Assembly (NCBI GenBank): GCA_964016885.1
Contig: OZ024741.1
Coordinates: forward strand, 163,618,001-163,682,000
Length of the DNA stretch: 64,000 bases
DNA from: Eledone cirrhosa
Lineage: Eukaryota
Direction: 5' to 3'
Shown here: piece by piece, positions 13,687 through 30,475 of the stretch
How positions within the stretch are numbered: position 1 is the stretch's first letter
How the letters are laid out: each line of letters starts with the position of its first letter
Translations under genes and position numbers: made by a program
The notes under the pieces: generated by a model
What the model saw: only the letters and a program-made list of their open reading frames with translations
Databases searched by the model: none
Told to the model about the DNA's origin: nothing

Positions 13687-15147
13687 GTTGAGAGGGATAT
13701 ATAACGATGAATTATGATTTAGGGTTAAATACAGAATCATCCGATTTCAAAAGTCTATATTTTTTAAACAAATGAACATATAATCACCCGGATGATTCTT
13801 TTTGATATACCCTGTATTCAATGCTGGACCAAGAAAAAATGGTAGAAGCGGGGTGTATATGATACAAATATTTTATGATGAAATATTTTTTTTATAAGCA
13901 ATAATTATTCACACGTTATTGAAACAAGCATTTATTTTCCAATATCAGTAGAAAATTTTGTGAGATACTCTCAAAACGTATATTAAATGGACAAGAGATT
14001 ATATCTCCCAGAGTAATCCACAATTTAATTTAAAAATAAAATACTTGATGTCCTACAACCGGATAAGTCATCACATTTGTAGAGTAAACACATTCTGAAT
14101 TTATGTCATTCATACTTTCCTAACAGGTTTCAGCGGGCGAATAAGTTGCAACAAAATGGCTTCAAGTAGGATTTGAAAACATTTGATAACTTGTTTTGCC
14201 AAGAGTTAAGCTAATATTAATCACAGTACAGGGATAATAAACAGCTAATCATCATGCACTTTCTATAACAAAATACTGAAGAAGACTACCACACTACCTG
14301 TCTTTCACCTGTCTTTCAATCCCGGTCATAGCATTTTTGTATTTGCTTAATCTGGTAAAAGAGACTTAGCCCATTGCCTTCGTATGTCCTTCGAGACTGA
14401 TGAAATCAACAATGTTAAAGTTATTCTTGGATAGTTGTGAGTTGAGGGTGAAAGATATCAGGTTACAATATAGTTGACGAGAGAAGAAGAGGGGAAAGAG
14501 TTGAAAATCCGTGAGTGGAAGTTATAGGAGACAAACCAAATCTAACTGCGATAGAAAATGCAGCGAAACAGATTAGATAGCCCGTTAACCAATAGTTGGA
14601 ATGTATTACTGAGTGATTTCATTCCATTTCGTCCTGAATGAATCGTACAAAGACCCTGTAAAGGGAAAAGACGCCACCAAAATTAATTTTCCTCCTGTGT
14701 AATATGAGGTATTATTACCATAATGTATTATTTAAAATATTCTGACTAGCTAGGGTAGATGATGTCTAAGTATACCTATTAATTTAAGACTAACATCTTT
14801 TGAACAAATACCATGAATGATTGGTCTGAGTTGCCTGAAGTTGTAATATTGTTGGACACCTAAACGTTATAATTGCTGTGGAAACGTGTTAAACTATTAT
14901 ATTTTCATAATACAATAAGCAGCCATATTATGGGAAATCAATACGTTAAACGATTAACGGTGTCCACATATTTATCATCACAATGCAATGTATAAATTAT
15001 TCATCTCAACTTTATATATACATTGATGTGATTATAAAATCAAATTCTCACTCTCCAAATTCTAATATTTCTAAAAACTATCCTATAGTGTAAAAGTAAA
15101 AACGAAACAGAAAAAAAACGAATGTAGGTTAAGTTATTTCTGATTTG

Positions 15148-15210
<63 letters not shown>

Positions 15211-15215
<5 letters not shown>

Positions 15216-15770
15216 GGTAAACATTGATGCAATTCAATTCAAGCACTCAACGTACTTTTCCACATAGGAGTGACGGAGTAAATATCGAATAAGGAAAAGC
15301 GAAGTAATTTCAGATGTTCAAGTCCTTTAATAATAATGCTGTGATATATATTTCAATAACGACACTGGACACACTGTTCTGTGTGCGAGTGTCGTGTCAT
15401 CATCAGACAGCTTGTTACATAATAAGGTTGTTTCCGAGGCAATCCAAATTGAATCGACATGGGAACGGATGAAGTTCGTGCTTTTGGGTTTTTCATCCGT
15501 TCCCCTGTGAGTACCAATTCACCCCCACCGGTCTGCGCAAGCGCATGTCCGGAGGAAGTTGACCATTAGCCACCGCATATTTAAACGAAATTCGCTGTCA
15601 GTTCACCCTCTCAGCCAAAACAATGGCCCACCTATGCCCTACCAAAGTTTACTGCTACCCATCACTACTGTGGCAGTCAGCCGAAAGCCAGAGGGGATGG
15701 GAGGGTGTTAGTTTTTATAGGTCATAATACTACCCTTCACTAAGCGTTGACGGTACGACTGACCATCACC
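15211..15770 (-). mobile_element. Penelope-like terminal repeat containing a hammerhead at 15338-15411
   Basis: Near-identical to 24432-24992; abuts (TA)n; GCTGT-CTGATGA..GAAA-TATATA-TC-ACAGC on the minus strand. Confidence 0.8.
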
Positions 15771-16659
15771 TTATAAGGGAAAATAAACTTAATTCTAGGT
15801 ACTATGGTTTTACATTGTAAGTTAAGAGTGAGAGTTGGAAATAAAAATTAAAAATTAAAATCCTAAATCAAATATCAGAGATTATAAATTAAACAATTAA
15901 AAATTCAAAAATTCTAAATTCAAAAATTTTTCAAGTGATAATTCGGATTGAGTGAAAATATAGATTGAAGTGAGTAAATAATATGGAGGGAGATGTTTAA
16001 GTAATAAGTTCTGAGAGGGATTCTAGTGTCACAGTTACTCTATCCACATATTGAACGACAGTGCCGTACATCATAACGGAGGGCAAACTACATGGTTCAA
16101 GGCATTAGTCAATCTGTTACACGGTCATAATTTCCATCACATGGAACAAAATCAAAGAAAAACAGACATACAGTACACAAAAGAAAAGAAAAGAACAGAA
16201 CCAATAGTGAATAAATGCAAAAACACAGAGTACATATATGCAAAATGATCCATATGATTGTCCATCTGTCCATGTATAGATTGAATTGAGGGGGCTTCTG
16301 TTCAAATGCGATTTGGTGCAGGAAAATAGGGGTTTATCTTATTTTTTGTTTCCGCGTATTTACCCTGCCGAAAGTTACTATTACGCCCGTCCAGTGTCAG
16401 GGGTTTTCATCCCCATGGTAGAGGGAATTTCCGGGGTAGCTCTTGGTTGGTTCCTCTCTTCTCCACCATATCGGTTACATCTGGCTTTTGTATGATTTTA
16501 GCGGAGATTACTGTTGTAACCTCCGGGGAAACGCCTTCCCTATTCTGTCTGCCGGGATCGCGGGGTGGCCAGCGCATGGGCTCCTATTTGTTCATAATAG
16601 TGGGAGATGGGGAGAACAGGAGAGACGGGGGCAGTGACAGTAGGATTTTGGTTCCATTG

Positions 16660-16834
16660 TGTTCGGACTTGGAAATCGATTAAATCTACCCCAGTTCATT
16701 ACTGGTACTTTATTTTATCAACCCCCGTAAGGATGGTAGGCAAAGCCAACTCCAGTGTGATGTGAACACAGAACGTAAAGAGCCGTAACTATATGCTGCA
16801 AAGCATGTTGTCCGACACTCTACCGATACTGCCA
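16660..16834 (-). mobile_element. tRNA-derived SINE copy
   Basis: Family match. Confidence 0.8.
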
Positions 16835-17419
16835 AACAATATCCTCTCTACAACTGATAGGATTTCATGTCAGAGGACAAAATTGAGCTACGTACCGAAA
16901 CATTAACACTTGCAGTGACAACACTGGTGAGTAGATGGACTATGACATTTGAGTTGACAGAATCAGTATGGAAAGGGGAACTGACAACTTCTCAGTTCTG
17001 TTTTCCCTGATTATATAGGATTAACATCTGTTCGCAGCAAATATATCAATGTAATGCTCCCTCAATAATAGAGCAATATCTGCTATTCCCGAGTTTATGG
17101 AAATATCATCTGCTCTCTCAGATTATAGCAACGCGTAATAAAATATGATGAATTTTAAATTTCAAATTTTTCATGTCAAATTTCACTACCTCTTGTGTGG
17201 TAGTGAAATTAGTTTTGCCAAAATATCATGCAACTCTCTGGGGATGGAGGACATGAGACACCAACATGTAGGAAATCAAATTTATTGCAGTTAAACGCCA
17301 GAAAACAAATAGACAGACAGACAGACATAGTGAAAGGAGTAACAGCGGGGGGGGGGGGCAGACAGACAGAGAGAGAAAGAGATAGAGAGACAGACATACA
17401 TGGTGACAGGAGTAACAAC

Positions 17420-17493
<74 letters not shown>

Positions 17494-17558
17494 GCAAGGC
17501 GTTTACCAGATCATCTCTGAAACGAGCACATTCTATCAGTGGCCCCAAAAGTCTAACC

Positions 17559-17704
17559 CAGGCATGGGCAACCTTTTTCAAGCAGTAGGCAGCATATGAT
17601 GTAGCTTATCATATGGAAGGCCGCACTACTAAAGAATTCAAGGCAATTTTGGAATTAGGCGTCCCATTCAGAAGACTACACGGGCCGCAGTTTGCCCGTG
17701 ACTG
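17559..17704. mobile_element. hAT (Charlie-like) MITE
   Basis: TIRs CAGGCATGGGCAA / TTGCCCGTGACTG; 8-bp TSD GTCTAACC/GTCTAAGC. Confidence 0.75.
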
Positions 17705-17773
17705 GTCTAAGCTGTGCAAAACAATTCCTTACTCTACGATGAAGGAGTGATTTTCAATTGATGAATATCATAA

Positions 17774-17955
17774 TAATTGTTTCTACGTTTGGCACAAAGC
17801 CACCAATTATCCCAGTGCATTACTGGTACTTTATTTTATCGACCCCGAAAGGATGAAAGGCAAAGTTAACTTTAGCGGGATTTGAACTCAGATCATAAAG
17901 GGACATAACTATGCTGGAAAGCATGTCTGACCCTCTGCCGACTACTAAATTCACC
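17774..17955 (-). mobile_element. tRNA-derived SINE copy
   Basis: Family match. Confidence 0.85.
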
Positions 17956-18084
17956 ATCTGTACACATAGCTTGCTACGGGATGGAGTTGAAGAGGCTGGC
18001 TTACTGCGATGGACTATATGCATACGAACTCATTTCATCATTACTCCATTGCCTCGCTTAATCATAGCTGATACCGTTAAAAGC

Positions 18085-18245
18085 TAGAGCGAAAGCCTGA
18101 CTATTTGTATTATAGTATGTTTATGATCTGAGTTTAAATCCCTCTAAGGTTAACTTTTCCCTTCATCCTTACGGGGTCGATATAATAAAGTACCAGGAAT
18201 GTACTGGGTAATTGCTGGCCTTGTGCCAAAAGTAGAAACAATTAT
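18085..18245 (+). mobile_element. tRNA-derived SINE copy
   Basis: Family match; inverted relative to the 17774 copy. Confidence 0.8.
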
Positions 18246-18555
18246 TTAGCAGGAATATTTGCCGACAAATACCATTTATATCTACTATACGTTTGCTATA
18301 AAATTATTCCAGATGCTTCTTCAAATAAATGTGTGAATGAAGGTGTTAATGAGAAGGTATCATGATATGAGTTACCTTTTCTTGTGTTTATATTGGGTTG
18401 TTGTTGATTTTGCTAAGAAATCGGTATTACTGCCACCTCACTATCTAATATTTACAGATTAGTTCTGGACTATTGGTTGTTTTTCTAAACTATTTCCTTT
18501 ACAAATATTACGGAAACAAGCACGCACATATGTATATGCACAAACACACACACAC

Positions 18556-18645
<90 letters not shown>

Positions 18646-18734
18646 TTATATATAAACATATACATATACATGTATATTCATAATATATATATATATGTGT
18701 ATATACACATATATTTATACACACACACACGCAC

Positions 18735-18802
<68 letters not shown>

Positions 18803-19554
18803 GTATGTATATATATATATATATATATATATAATGAGTGTGTATGTCAATATGTACACGGTCGAAAATGTATGCTTTTATACGAAGCCAAGTTAGGTGA
18901 AGCCTAATATTATTATCGCCAAATCTTCGAACCGTGAACATGGCTAATGTTTGCGGAAAGACTTCCTTTCTAGATGAAAATAAATCCATCATAACTGAAA
19001 ATTATCCTGAAAAATTGAAAAAAAAAAGCATAATTATATCCTGTTATAGCTTTCACAGCATGGATTAGCTTTGGAAAGCTAATCTTAAATTATTGACCTG
19101 CCAGCCATTGCTGTTCTGTTCACTAGTTCAGTCGTACTGATATGTTCCAAACATAATGACTGTTACAGGATTTCCAAAATAAATTATCTAAAAGTAATGT
19201 TATAAGTAACACGAAAATGTATGAGAATGAATCATGTTTAAAAAGAAACTGAAGAAGACACAACTAGAAAACCCCGGCATAGTCCCTTGAACAGCGAGAA
19301 ATAACAAAATGTTCGTCAAATTAATCTCTACCGTTTTAAATGAAGAAACATACATGTACATGTAATAAGTATATATATATATATATTGTTCCACAATGCT
19401 TCAAGCAAACTTCAATACTCTCTTATATAGATATATATAGATATATATAGATATATATATATATATGAAAATAGAGAAATTAATGTAAGCAAGAAGCCGA
19501 CAGTAATTCAGACATATAAGTGACAATGACATCAAGATGAAAAATATTTAACGT

Positions 19555-20785
19555 AAGATATGGGAAAATCAATCAATCTTAATTCGAAACATCCATCAAC
19601 TGGGGGGTTTTCCGGGTGGGGGGTTATATGTCGGATAGGAGTGATATGTGTCCTCCGCTGGGAGAGAATACCACCAGGCGAGAATACCACCGGGCGAGAA
19701 TACCGCCGGGCGAGAATACCACCAACGCTATGCGTAGGGCTATACGGAGGGAGGGCCTCGACATCCACCTGGCCCACTTGCCCCCCCCCCCCCCCTGCGA
19801 AGATGCCTCTCCAGGAAACCCGGGAAATCGACAGACGCGTGCTCCCTCAGAAACTGTCCGATGCGCCATACGAACTGTTGCCTACGCACATACGTCGTGT
19901 ATAAGGTAGAATGTAAGAAGTGCAACCACTACTATATAAGTAGCACAATCCGGCCGCTACACATCCGGATCAAGGAGCACATCAACACTACGGCCTCGTC
20001 TTTCCGGAAACACATAACCAAATGCGGAAACAAAGACGGAAGGCCCATTGTCCAACAGTGCTAGCGACGGAACGAAACGTCGGCACATTACGAATCAAGG
20101 AAACACTTTGGATCAAACGGCTAGGGCCACAAATAAATAACCGATCCGTGAGAAGCGAAATGAGGTGGTTGGTTTAAACAAACGAGGCAACAACACACGC
20201 ACACATACACACATACACACACACAGTAGCATTCACCAAACAGGCAGGGAATACTACCACCACCACACGAATACACTATTCAACACTGCTAATACAGAAA
20301 CCGGGACAGGCAGATAATACAATGGATTGACAGCTAACGCCACCCCACTCCCACAATTAAAAGAACTATTTCGGCCGCTGACCTCTGCTTGACCGACCCC
20401 ATTTCACGCGCGTGCGCGCTCTGCTGAATACCTCAGATATTCAAAACAACGAACAGCGGAGAACACGTATCGCTCCTATCCGACAGATAATTCCCCCCCC
20501 CCCCGGAAAACCTCCCAGTTGATCGATGGGAATCCGAAATATAGGGACAATAATTACATCTCTCCCAAGGTAACTCTATCTCGAGTTATTATTTTTATTT
20601 TTTACTCTATTTCCTACGTTCTTCTACACACTATACCTCTCATTCTACATTCACTCACATCTCTCTCTTCACCACCGGATCTTGTTACCCGGAGAATTAC
20701 CCATCTGCATTGTTGAGGCTTCCAAAACGACTTAAAGAAAATATATCTTATTATTCAACAAAGCTTCAAGCAAACTTCATTACTC

Positions 20786-20790
<5 letters not shown>
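19555..20790 (+). mobile_element. Penelope-like element 3' part: GIY-YIG endonuclease fragment plus terminal repeat, with an inverted repeat segment at the 5' side
   Basis: 19885-20150 reads YVVYKVECKKCNHYYISSTIRPLHIRIKEH..LRIKETLWIKRLGPQINNR; 19585-19660 is inverted relative to 20454-20530; ends in (TA)n. Confidence 0.85.
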
Positions 20791-20873
<83 letters not shown>

Positions 20874-22659
20874 CGCACCAGAGTACTCGATACTTAGGGT
20901 AATAGAGTGGGTAATAGGAAAAGAGTCAGGACCCCGACGGCTGAGGTCGGGCTGTTTCGACAGCTAGATCTGAACTAACCCTGTAGTTTTAGGACGGTAG
21001 TAATCTAGCTGAACTTATCAAGGGGTACAGTCCATATATGGGCATGTAGTGAGAACATAGCAGTAGTGTCATATCAAATAATTCTAAAAATTGTTGTTTT
21101 TCTTTTCTGTCACGGGGAATGTTAAAAGATTTTGTATATATAGTTAAATTCCTCCATAGCGACAGGTGGGGGTGGAGTGACTGAACTTAGCTGTAGAACA
21201 AAGGGGAGGGAGTAAGAGGACAATCTGACGTGTGTGTGCCAGGCCGGTCATGCGTTAAGTGAGAATTCTTTACAGCTATCTCTGAAGGGGGTAAGAACCT
21301 ATAATAGACATTGGTTAAAGAGCAAAGCAAATATAATTTAATTAATTTAGTTATTAGTTACTCTAATACACTAGAACGGCACCTCAAAGTAGTAATTCAT
21401 CAATATTATCTTCCATAATTATATACGCCCCCCCCCCCCCCAAGCTATGTGTTTGGCGGGTGCTATGTATATTTAACAGTTTGTAAATAGGTCCCGGCGG
21501 TATCTTTTTCCTATTTACAAATTAAGATAGAGGAAACCACAAGCATACTTAGGTAGAAGTAGAAATTTTTCCTTTTTCCTTCTCTTATTTTCTTTCTTCA
21601 TCATTAGTTACACACTCTAATAACACTTAGGCGGGTCATTGCTTATCTACATTATTATATTTAGTTTCTATTCTTTCTTAGATTAACCCAAGTATTTTTA
21701 CTCCTGTTAAATATACATAACACCAGAACTTCTTTCTTATTTAGTAGAGTGTGTCTAGGACCATTTATCTAATGTATTGCTAATATATTTTATTAGTAAG
21801 ACTGTGTGGCAGGGTTTGAGGGTAATTTAGTCGTTATTTCTTTCAGGTTGGACAACTGTAAAGCATCTTCCGATATCAAACTAGTTTATAAGTAAATGTA
21901 GCTCAACAGTCTATTACAACTTTTCACAAAGGAAATAACAAATTGGCATGACTTACTCATTATTACAGATATGTCGTTTGGTGATTTACTTTAGTAGTTT
22001 CTAGAACATGTATACTTTGCAAGTTCTAATGTAATAGCGTTACGGTGCCATCATGAGAGTAGTTTGATATAATTGATGTATTCTAATTTTGTTTATTGAA
22101 TTTTCTGCATCTCACTCATAAGAAAAAGATTTGAGAACATATCCTATTTGATTTCCTTTAATGGAGAATGTATCTATATGTTAAAGTAAAATTACTTTAA
22201 AAAACGTCGGTATGTCGTTGTAGCGAGAGAATTTATCAACAGCATACCAACTCCTTTAATTCTATTTAACATTAATGAAAATAGGTGTAATAAAATTTCC
22301 GGAAACGAATGAAACGCCATCTCTTTTCGTCCAGATATAATTATGGGCAAACATTTCACACGAAACACTAGATTAGTTAATTCATGTTAAGAGGTTACAG
22401 CGTCGAATTAATCTAATGGTTAACATTTACTCCAGTATGGTGGACAGTATGGTGGAACATGTTTTTTATTTCGTAATATGTTTCTAGGGAAGTATTATAT
22501 AGTCAGGCAGAGCGGTGTGTCAGAAAATCGGTCCTTTAGCCAGACAGAACGGTGGTGTGTCAGAAAATCGGGCTTGTGTCTGTAACATATTATTTGACGC
22601 AGAGCACCACCATTTTTCCTGGATGTTGTTTTTCACCTACAAGTATATATATGTGTGTA

Positions 22660-23110
22660 TCTTCTTCTTCTTCTTCTTCTTCTTCTTCTTCTTCTTCTTC
22701 TTCTTCTTCTTCTTCTTCTTCTTCTTCTTCTTCTTCTTCTTCTTCTTCTTCTTCTTCTTCTTCTTCTTCGCCCACTTCACCCGAGCGGGTTGTGGGGGCA
22801 GAATCCTCAAGCACGCTATCCAGTAGGTCCTAACACAAGTAAATCTCTCTAATAGATCTGGCTGAATCCCGAAACGAGACCAATCAAGATCATGGATATT
22901 ATTCAACCATCTTGCTCGGGGTCTACTCTTCGATCTCCTGCCGGTTGGTTTTGTCCGTAAAATCTCTACAGTAATTTTAACCACACGTCCATAGTGTTGG
23001 AGCAGTCATCTCTCAATTCGAAGAAGTAGCGGCTTTACCTTCAGTGACTCCCTGATCTCAGAGCTACACAATCTATTGAGTAACGTTACTCCAAAGACCA
23101 TTTGGGGTTA
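22660..23110 (-). mobile_element. RTE (Expander-like) LINE 3' end with (GAA)n tail
   Basis: GVTLLNRL.SSEIRESLKVKPLLLRIER..GRRSKSRPRARWLNNIHDL; long (TTC)n on the plus strand. Confidence 0.85.
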
Positions 23111-23194
23111 CCAAATTCGGCCTGTCGCATTTTCTATTGTATTCCTTTGATCATTACTCAATATTGATGAACACTTCAGTACAATTCCGCTCAC

Positions 23195-23242
<48 letters not shown>

Positions 23243-23692
23243 ATAAGGCAATTGTGGTCTAATATCCGTAACACTGGTTAGATAAATAGATAATAATAGG
23301 AATCGGTATGATCGAATAAAACCTATATTTAGGTTTGGTTGTACAGACAAACACCACGCAGTTATCACTGGTTACGTTCACTGAGCCGTGCCACTGACAA
23401 TTTTTGCCACAAAATCTACGGGAAATATTCTATTCCTAATCACGTGATCATCCACAACTAATCGAATTGTACTTTCAAAAGATAGCAATCTGAGCCACCT
23501 TTTTGCACAGAACGGAAAGAAATTTCCTAAAATATCAGATGCGAACACATGCCCACTTAGCAACACATCTCTCCAACACTCTTAAATTTTGAAAATTATT
23601 TAAATGTGAAACCGATAATTATCTTCTTAAAGACATACACACACACACACGCGCGCGCGCGCACACACACATACATGTGGATATATATGTAT

Positions 23693-23755
<63 letters not shown>

Positions 23756-23889
23756 GGTCTGTGTGGGTGTATGTGTGTGTGTGCGCGCGCTAGTGCGTGT
23801 GTGTGTGTGCGCGTGTGTGTGTGCGCGTGTGTGTGTAAGCATGTATGTATGTGTATATATATATATATATTTATATATAAGAATAACAT

Positions 23890-24335
23890 TAAGAAACACG
23901 CTGATGTTACATAAATCGTTTATTCATAATAAGTATTTCAACGGTTCTCCTATGCATTCCAAGATGTAATTTCTGCATTTGTTGTTGTCATAAGAACGTT
24001 ATCTTCAGATGAAAATCCGATTTTGTGTTATGCCACAGGCAAAAAAACACGTCCTTCTGCTCGTACGAAGAATGACGTGTTTTTTGCCTAGAGCATATCA
24101 CAAAATCAGATTTTCATCTGAAGATACCGTTCTTATAACAACAACAAATACATAAATTACATCTTGGAATGCATAAGAGAACCGTTGAAATAATTATTAT
24201 GAATAAAAGATTTATGTAACATCAGCATGTTTCTTATTTTTATTTTTATACTGAATCTCCATCGTAACTACAAGCTACACATGTAGAGAGCTTTCTCCTG
24301 CTTACTCCTGTATTTCAAAATAATTTCTACTAACA
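23890..24335. mobile_element. Fold-back Penelope-like remnant with two opposed hammerheads (23923-24013 minus; 24113-24203 plus)
   Basis: About 170-bp inverted arms centred near 24063; TTCAT-CTGAAGA..GAAA-TAATTA-TT-ATGAA; tail also seen at about 56100. Confidence 0.8.
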
Positions 24336-24358
24336 ACACACACAGACACACACTCACT

Positions 24359-24407
<49 letters not shown>

Positions 24408-24431
24408 ATGATATATATATATATATATATA

Positions 24432-25650
<1,219 letters not shown>

Positions 25651-25651
25651 T

Positions 25652-25702
<51 letters not shown>

Positions 25703-25959
25703 TACACAAAACGCAGCATCAACAGTTTTGCAAGAGATGTCAACATGAATGGACCTGTTATTTTTATCTAAAGACATTTTTTCCAATTCATCCCGCCCGT
25801 CCCCTCAATCTATTTTATTTCTCATTCTTCCTTCTGATGAAGGACTATCGTTTAAAACGTTAAGACCCTCTTCCTGCTATATCAAGCGTTAACCTAATAT
25901 ATACCTTCCATATACTCATTTTGGGAAAAAACAGAAGTCAGTGGAAGCAATGTCTGGAG

Positions 25960-26170
25960 AGGCCGGGACATTGTTGATGAAGATTCCAGTTTTGCGCGAC
26001 TCATATATGCTGTCTCTTCCACTGAATAGTATCACAAAGACTTCGGAGGATTTCCTGGGAGTACTTCTTTGTGAACGTTTCATTATTTGAGGAATATTCG
26101 TGATAAAACAAGGCCTCGATAGACGACCAAAACAGTCAACATTACCATGATTATTCTTCGCACCTAACAG
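25960..26170 (-). mobile_element. Mariner transposase remnant
   Basis: VMLTVLVVYRGLV/YHEYSSNNETFTKKYSQEILRSLCDTIQWKR..NWNLH resembles the mariner catalytic region. Confidence 0.65.
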
Positions 26171-26493
26171 GATTTTGGCATGAATGGGGCTCTACAATGC
26201 ATACGTTTGCATCCTTAACGTCAATGGATTGGCAGTATCGGTAGAGAGTCGGACGCCATGCCTTTACAGGATAGAGTATATATCCCTACACGCAAAAATT
26301 TATTATTATTATTCACCTCTTGGTCGAGATAAAATTCGGTCGTTTTGACTGCTGCTATTTATAGTGGTAGTAGACTCACCTCCCTGCCTCTGCTTCTATC
26401 TTTACACACGGCACTTCCTTTGTTATATATATACATATGTACATACAATACAGAGAGTAAAACACGGGAGAGTGTGTATTTATTTACAGAATT

Positions 26494-26526
<33 letters not shown>

Positions 26527-26869
26527 ATGCATGTACATGCAGTGAAACCAATTATAGTGGGTATGTATTAAGTATGTTATTATGAGGTGTGTATTCTATA
26601 GTATTGCTCAATAGGTACAAAGATAGATAAATAGATAAACATAAAGGTGAATGGTTTGATATGTATATACATGTACATGAATGTATATGTATACAAATAA
26701 TTGTGGGTATAAATAAATATGTGTGTGTGCGCGCGTGTGCATGTGTGTGTATACACATATGCATCTGCATATATATGTGCATATATACAAACATATATAT
26801 GTTAATATCCCTCCTTCTCCCTCTTCCTCTCCCTCTCCCCCTCTCTCTATGTCTCTCTCTCTCTATCTA

Positions 26870-27000
<131 letters not shown>

Positions 27001-27392
27001 CATATATATATGTACATCAATGATCATCTTTTCCATTTATCGCAGGGTTCTAAACCCCATTATCAGGTTAAAGTTTCGTTAGTCAAAAATACGGTGAAAG
27101 CTATTCTATTTTCTAATTTCAAACCTGCTCACTGTTTCAAAACATACTTTCTCATATATATATACATATATATATATACATATATATATATACATATATA
27201 TTGCTTTACTGGGGTTGTATGGTGATTGTGTATAAGGCCATATATATTCGCAATACATATAGAATTTTTTGTGACTACATATTTGCTTATATTTGCCTGA
27301 ATAAATGTAGCATGTACATGTGTCGAAGTATATATTTGCAATATATATATATATATATATAAAATATATATACATATATATATATATATATT

Positions 27393-27430
<38 letters not shown>

Positions 27431-27690
27431 CTATATACATATATATATAAATATTTATGTATATATATATATATACATATATATATACATATTTATGTAT
27501 ATATATATATACATATATATATACATATATATATATACATATATATATATATACATATATACATATATATATATATATATGTGTGTGTATATATATATAT
27601 TATATATATATAGTATATGTATATATATATATATATGTATGTGTGTGTATGTGTGAGAGAGAGAGGGGGGAGAGGTAGAGAGAGAGAGAG

Positions 27691-27747
<57 letters not shown>

Positions 27748-28235
27748 GTAAATATACTGAGCTTTGCCTACAAGTTAATTTTGTGAGCTGCATTGGTGAG
27801 AGTGAGTGCTAAGTGACATTCTTCGTCAGAGTTAAATCAGTTAGTAATTCTATAGACACACAGTCAATCTAACTGTCTCTTCATATTTCACTTTTGCGTT
27901 ACGTCCTGCGTAAATAATTGCCTTGTATTCATTTAGTTCTATATGATAGCAAAGGACACACACGAGCATATATATACTCCCTAGAAAAATTCATAAATGA
28001 AAAAAAAATGTGCAGAAGTTTTAAGCTACAATTGCTTCTAGCGTGTGGACACGTGTAATAAGTAATTTTAAATATGTTGTCACACATTAAATATTTAAAC
28101 TATGAAGTAATTAAAGATTGAAAATCATACTTCATAACTTCAAAATTGCTTTTCTGTATATATATATTAAACGTACACATACGTATGCATATACGGGCTT
28201 GGACATAGACCCATACACACACACATACCTGCATA

Positions 28236-28334
<99 letters not shown>

Positions 28335-29206
28335 ATGTATGTGTGTGTGTGTGTGTGTATGTGTGTCTGTGCGTGCGTGTGATTGTTAGAGTGCATGTTT
28401 AAACATCTACACAGGTATAAATACATACATATGGGTGTGTTTAGGTGTGTCTGTGTCTGTGCATACCCTTTTATATTTACATATAAGTATGTATGAATTA
28501 TATATATATATATATAGCGCAAATTGCGCAAACAAGAAGGATAAAATAGGGTAACTCAATATTCGTTGCAGAGTTTGAAAATATTTATTAGAAGCTGAGA
28601 ACATTACTACACGTGTATCATACACTGCGTATCATATTTCCAATATATATACAACGGTGTTCAGCTCAATTTCTGTTTACTCAAGCCCACACATGACAGA
28701 GTACCCTTCCACGACATGAATAAAATGGCCGACAGCTGGAACGAATCCAGAACCATGTGATTGTGAAGCGAACATTTTAGTAACCCATTTATGTGTTAGG
28801 AATTTGGTATAATTTAAATCAGCTGTAACTAATAGTAACGGTGTTTTTATAGAATATACTTTATTTGTGTGGTAAAGAGAAACCTAAATTTAATTAAGGT
28901 TACGTGTGTCTGTGACATTCTTCTACTCTTAACTATTAATTTCATCAGTGGAATCTTAGTCGATGGAACAACTGAATGTGTAAGTTCGAAATCGACGAAG
29001 AATCCACCACAATAACTCCAATACTTTCGATTACCAAATATATGAATTTATCGTTTTCTATACCTAAAACAAAATAAAAGTGAATATTAAAACATAATAT
29101 AAACAATTATATAAATACTAAACATAATAAATCCATATACCTCATATCATTATATGTTGTTAACATTATAAATATAAAATATATATAGATACATACACGC
29201 TTACAA

Positions 29207-29256
<50 letters not shown>

Positions 29257-29258
<2 letters not shown>

Positions 29259-29540
29259 AGATCAAAAGATGGTTAAAAGAGTTCCATGTATTTTATTATG
29301 CGCATTTCAAAAATAAATATCATCATGCAATAACATTTGAGTTTTCGTCAGATAAAATAGGGAGACATGATATGAAGGTTAAAACACACTTGTGAATAGT
29401 GCAGTTTTAAATCAACATATCAACATATATGTTGATTTAAAACTGCACTGACGAAAACGCAAATGTTATTGCATGATGATATTTGTTTTGAAATGCGCAG
29501 CATAATAAAATACATGGAACTCTTTTAACCATCTTTTGAT

Positions 29541-29543
<3 letters not shown>
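29257..29543. mobile_element. Fold-back Penelope-like remnant; hammerhead at 29289-29359 (minus)
   Basis: Inverted arms in (TA)n; TATTTTAT-CTGACGA-stem II-GAAA-TGCGCA-TA-ATAAAATA. Confidence 0.8.
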
Positions 29544-29592
<49 letters not shown>

Positions 29593-29875
29593 TGGGACAA
29601 CCCATATATATATATATATATATATATATAACAACAACAGAAGGCCAAACTGGAAGATATGCTGTAAAATATTTCTTCTGAGAAATCACTATACATATTT
29701 CAATGGTCCAGCTCCATCATTCATTTATGATGCAAGACAGGACGGTCTCATCAGGTGACTTCTTCAGAATTACAAAACAGATTACCGTTGAACCCAAACA
29801 TATAAAAGATAGGGAAAACAGATTAGGACATTGAAAAATGAAAAATGAAAATTTGACTTGGGGACTGCCTACAAA

Positions 29876-29955
<80 letters not shown>

Positions 29956-30106
29956 TTTTTTTTTTTTAAATAATGCCACTTTGATGAATCAAAGAGAGGA
30001 ACAAAAAAATAAAAACAGACCCGTAAATATATTTTCAGTGCTATTTCCAATTTCACTTTCTCTCTCCCTCTCTCTATCTCTCCCTTTTTCTCTCTCTCTC
30101 TCTCTT

Positions 30107-30184
<78 letters not shown>

Positions 30185-30433
30185 TATATATATATAAATA
30201 TAAATTACATGCCAACACAAACGCAAGAATGAGGAGCATAATTGCAAATGAATCGAATATTATTATTAATATTCGAAAAACTCAGATTACATTTATATAT
30301 ATATATATATATAAATTATTAAAAAAATAATGAATAAACAAAGAAACAGTTCGACGGCTAATTCTATAGTACCCTAAGTATTGAGTACTTTGGTGCGTTA
30401 TGGTCCACCTGGCTCCTTACCACATTTCCTTCG

Positions 30434-30475
<42 letters not shown>

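Noticed and set aside
20660-20770. Twister-like motif CCGGATCTTGTTACCCGG
   Set aside because: Required pseudoknot pairings and conserved loop residues not found
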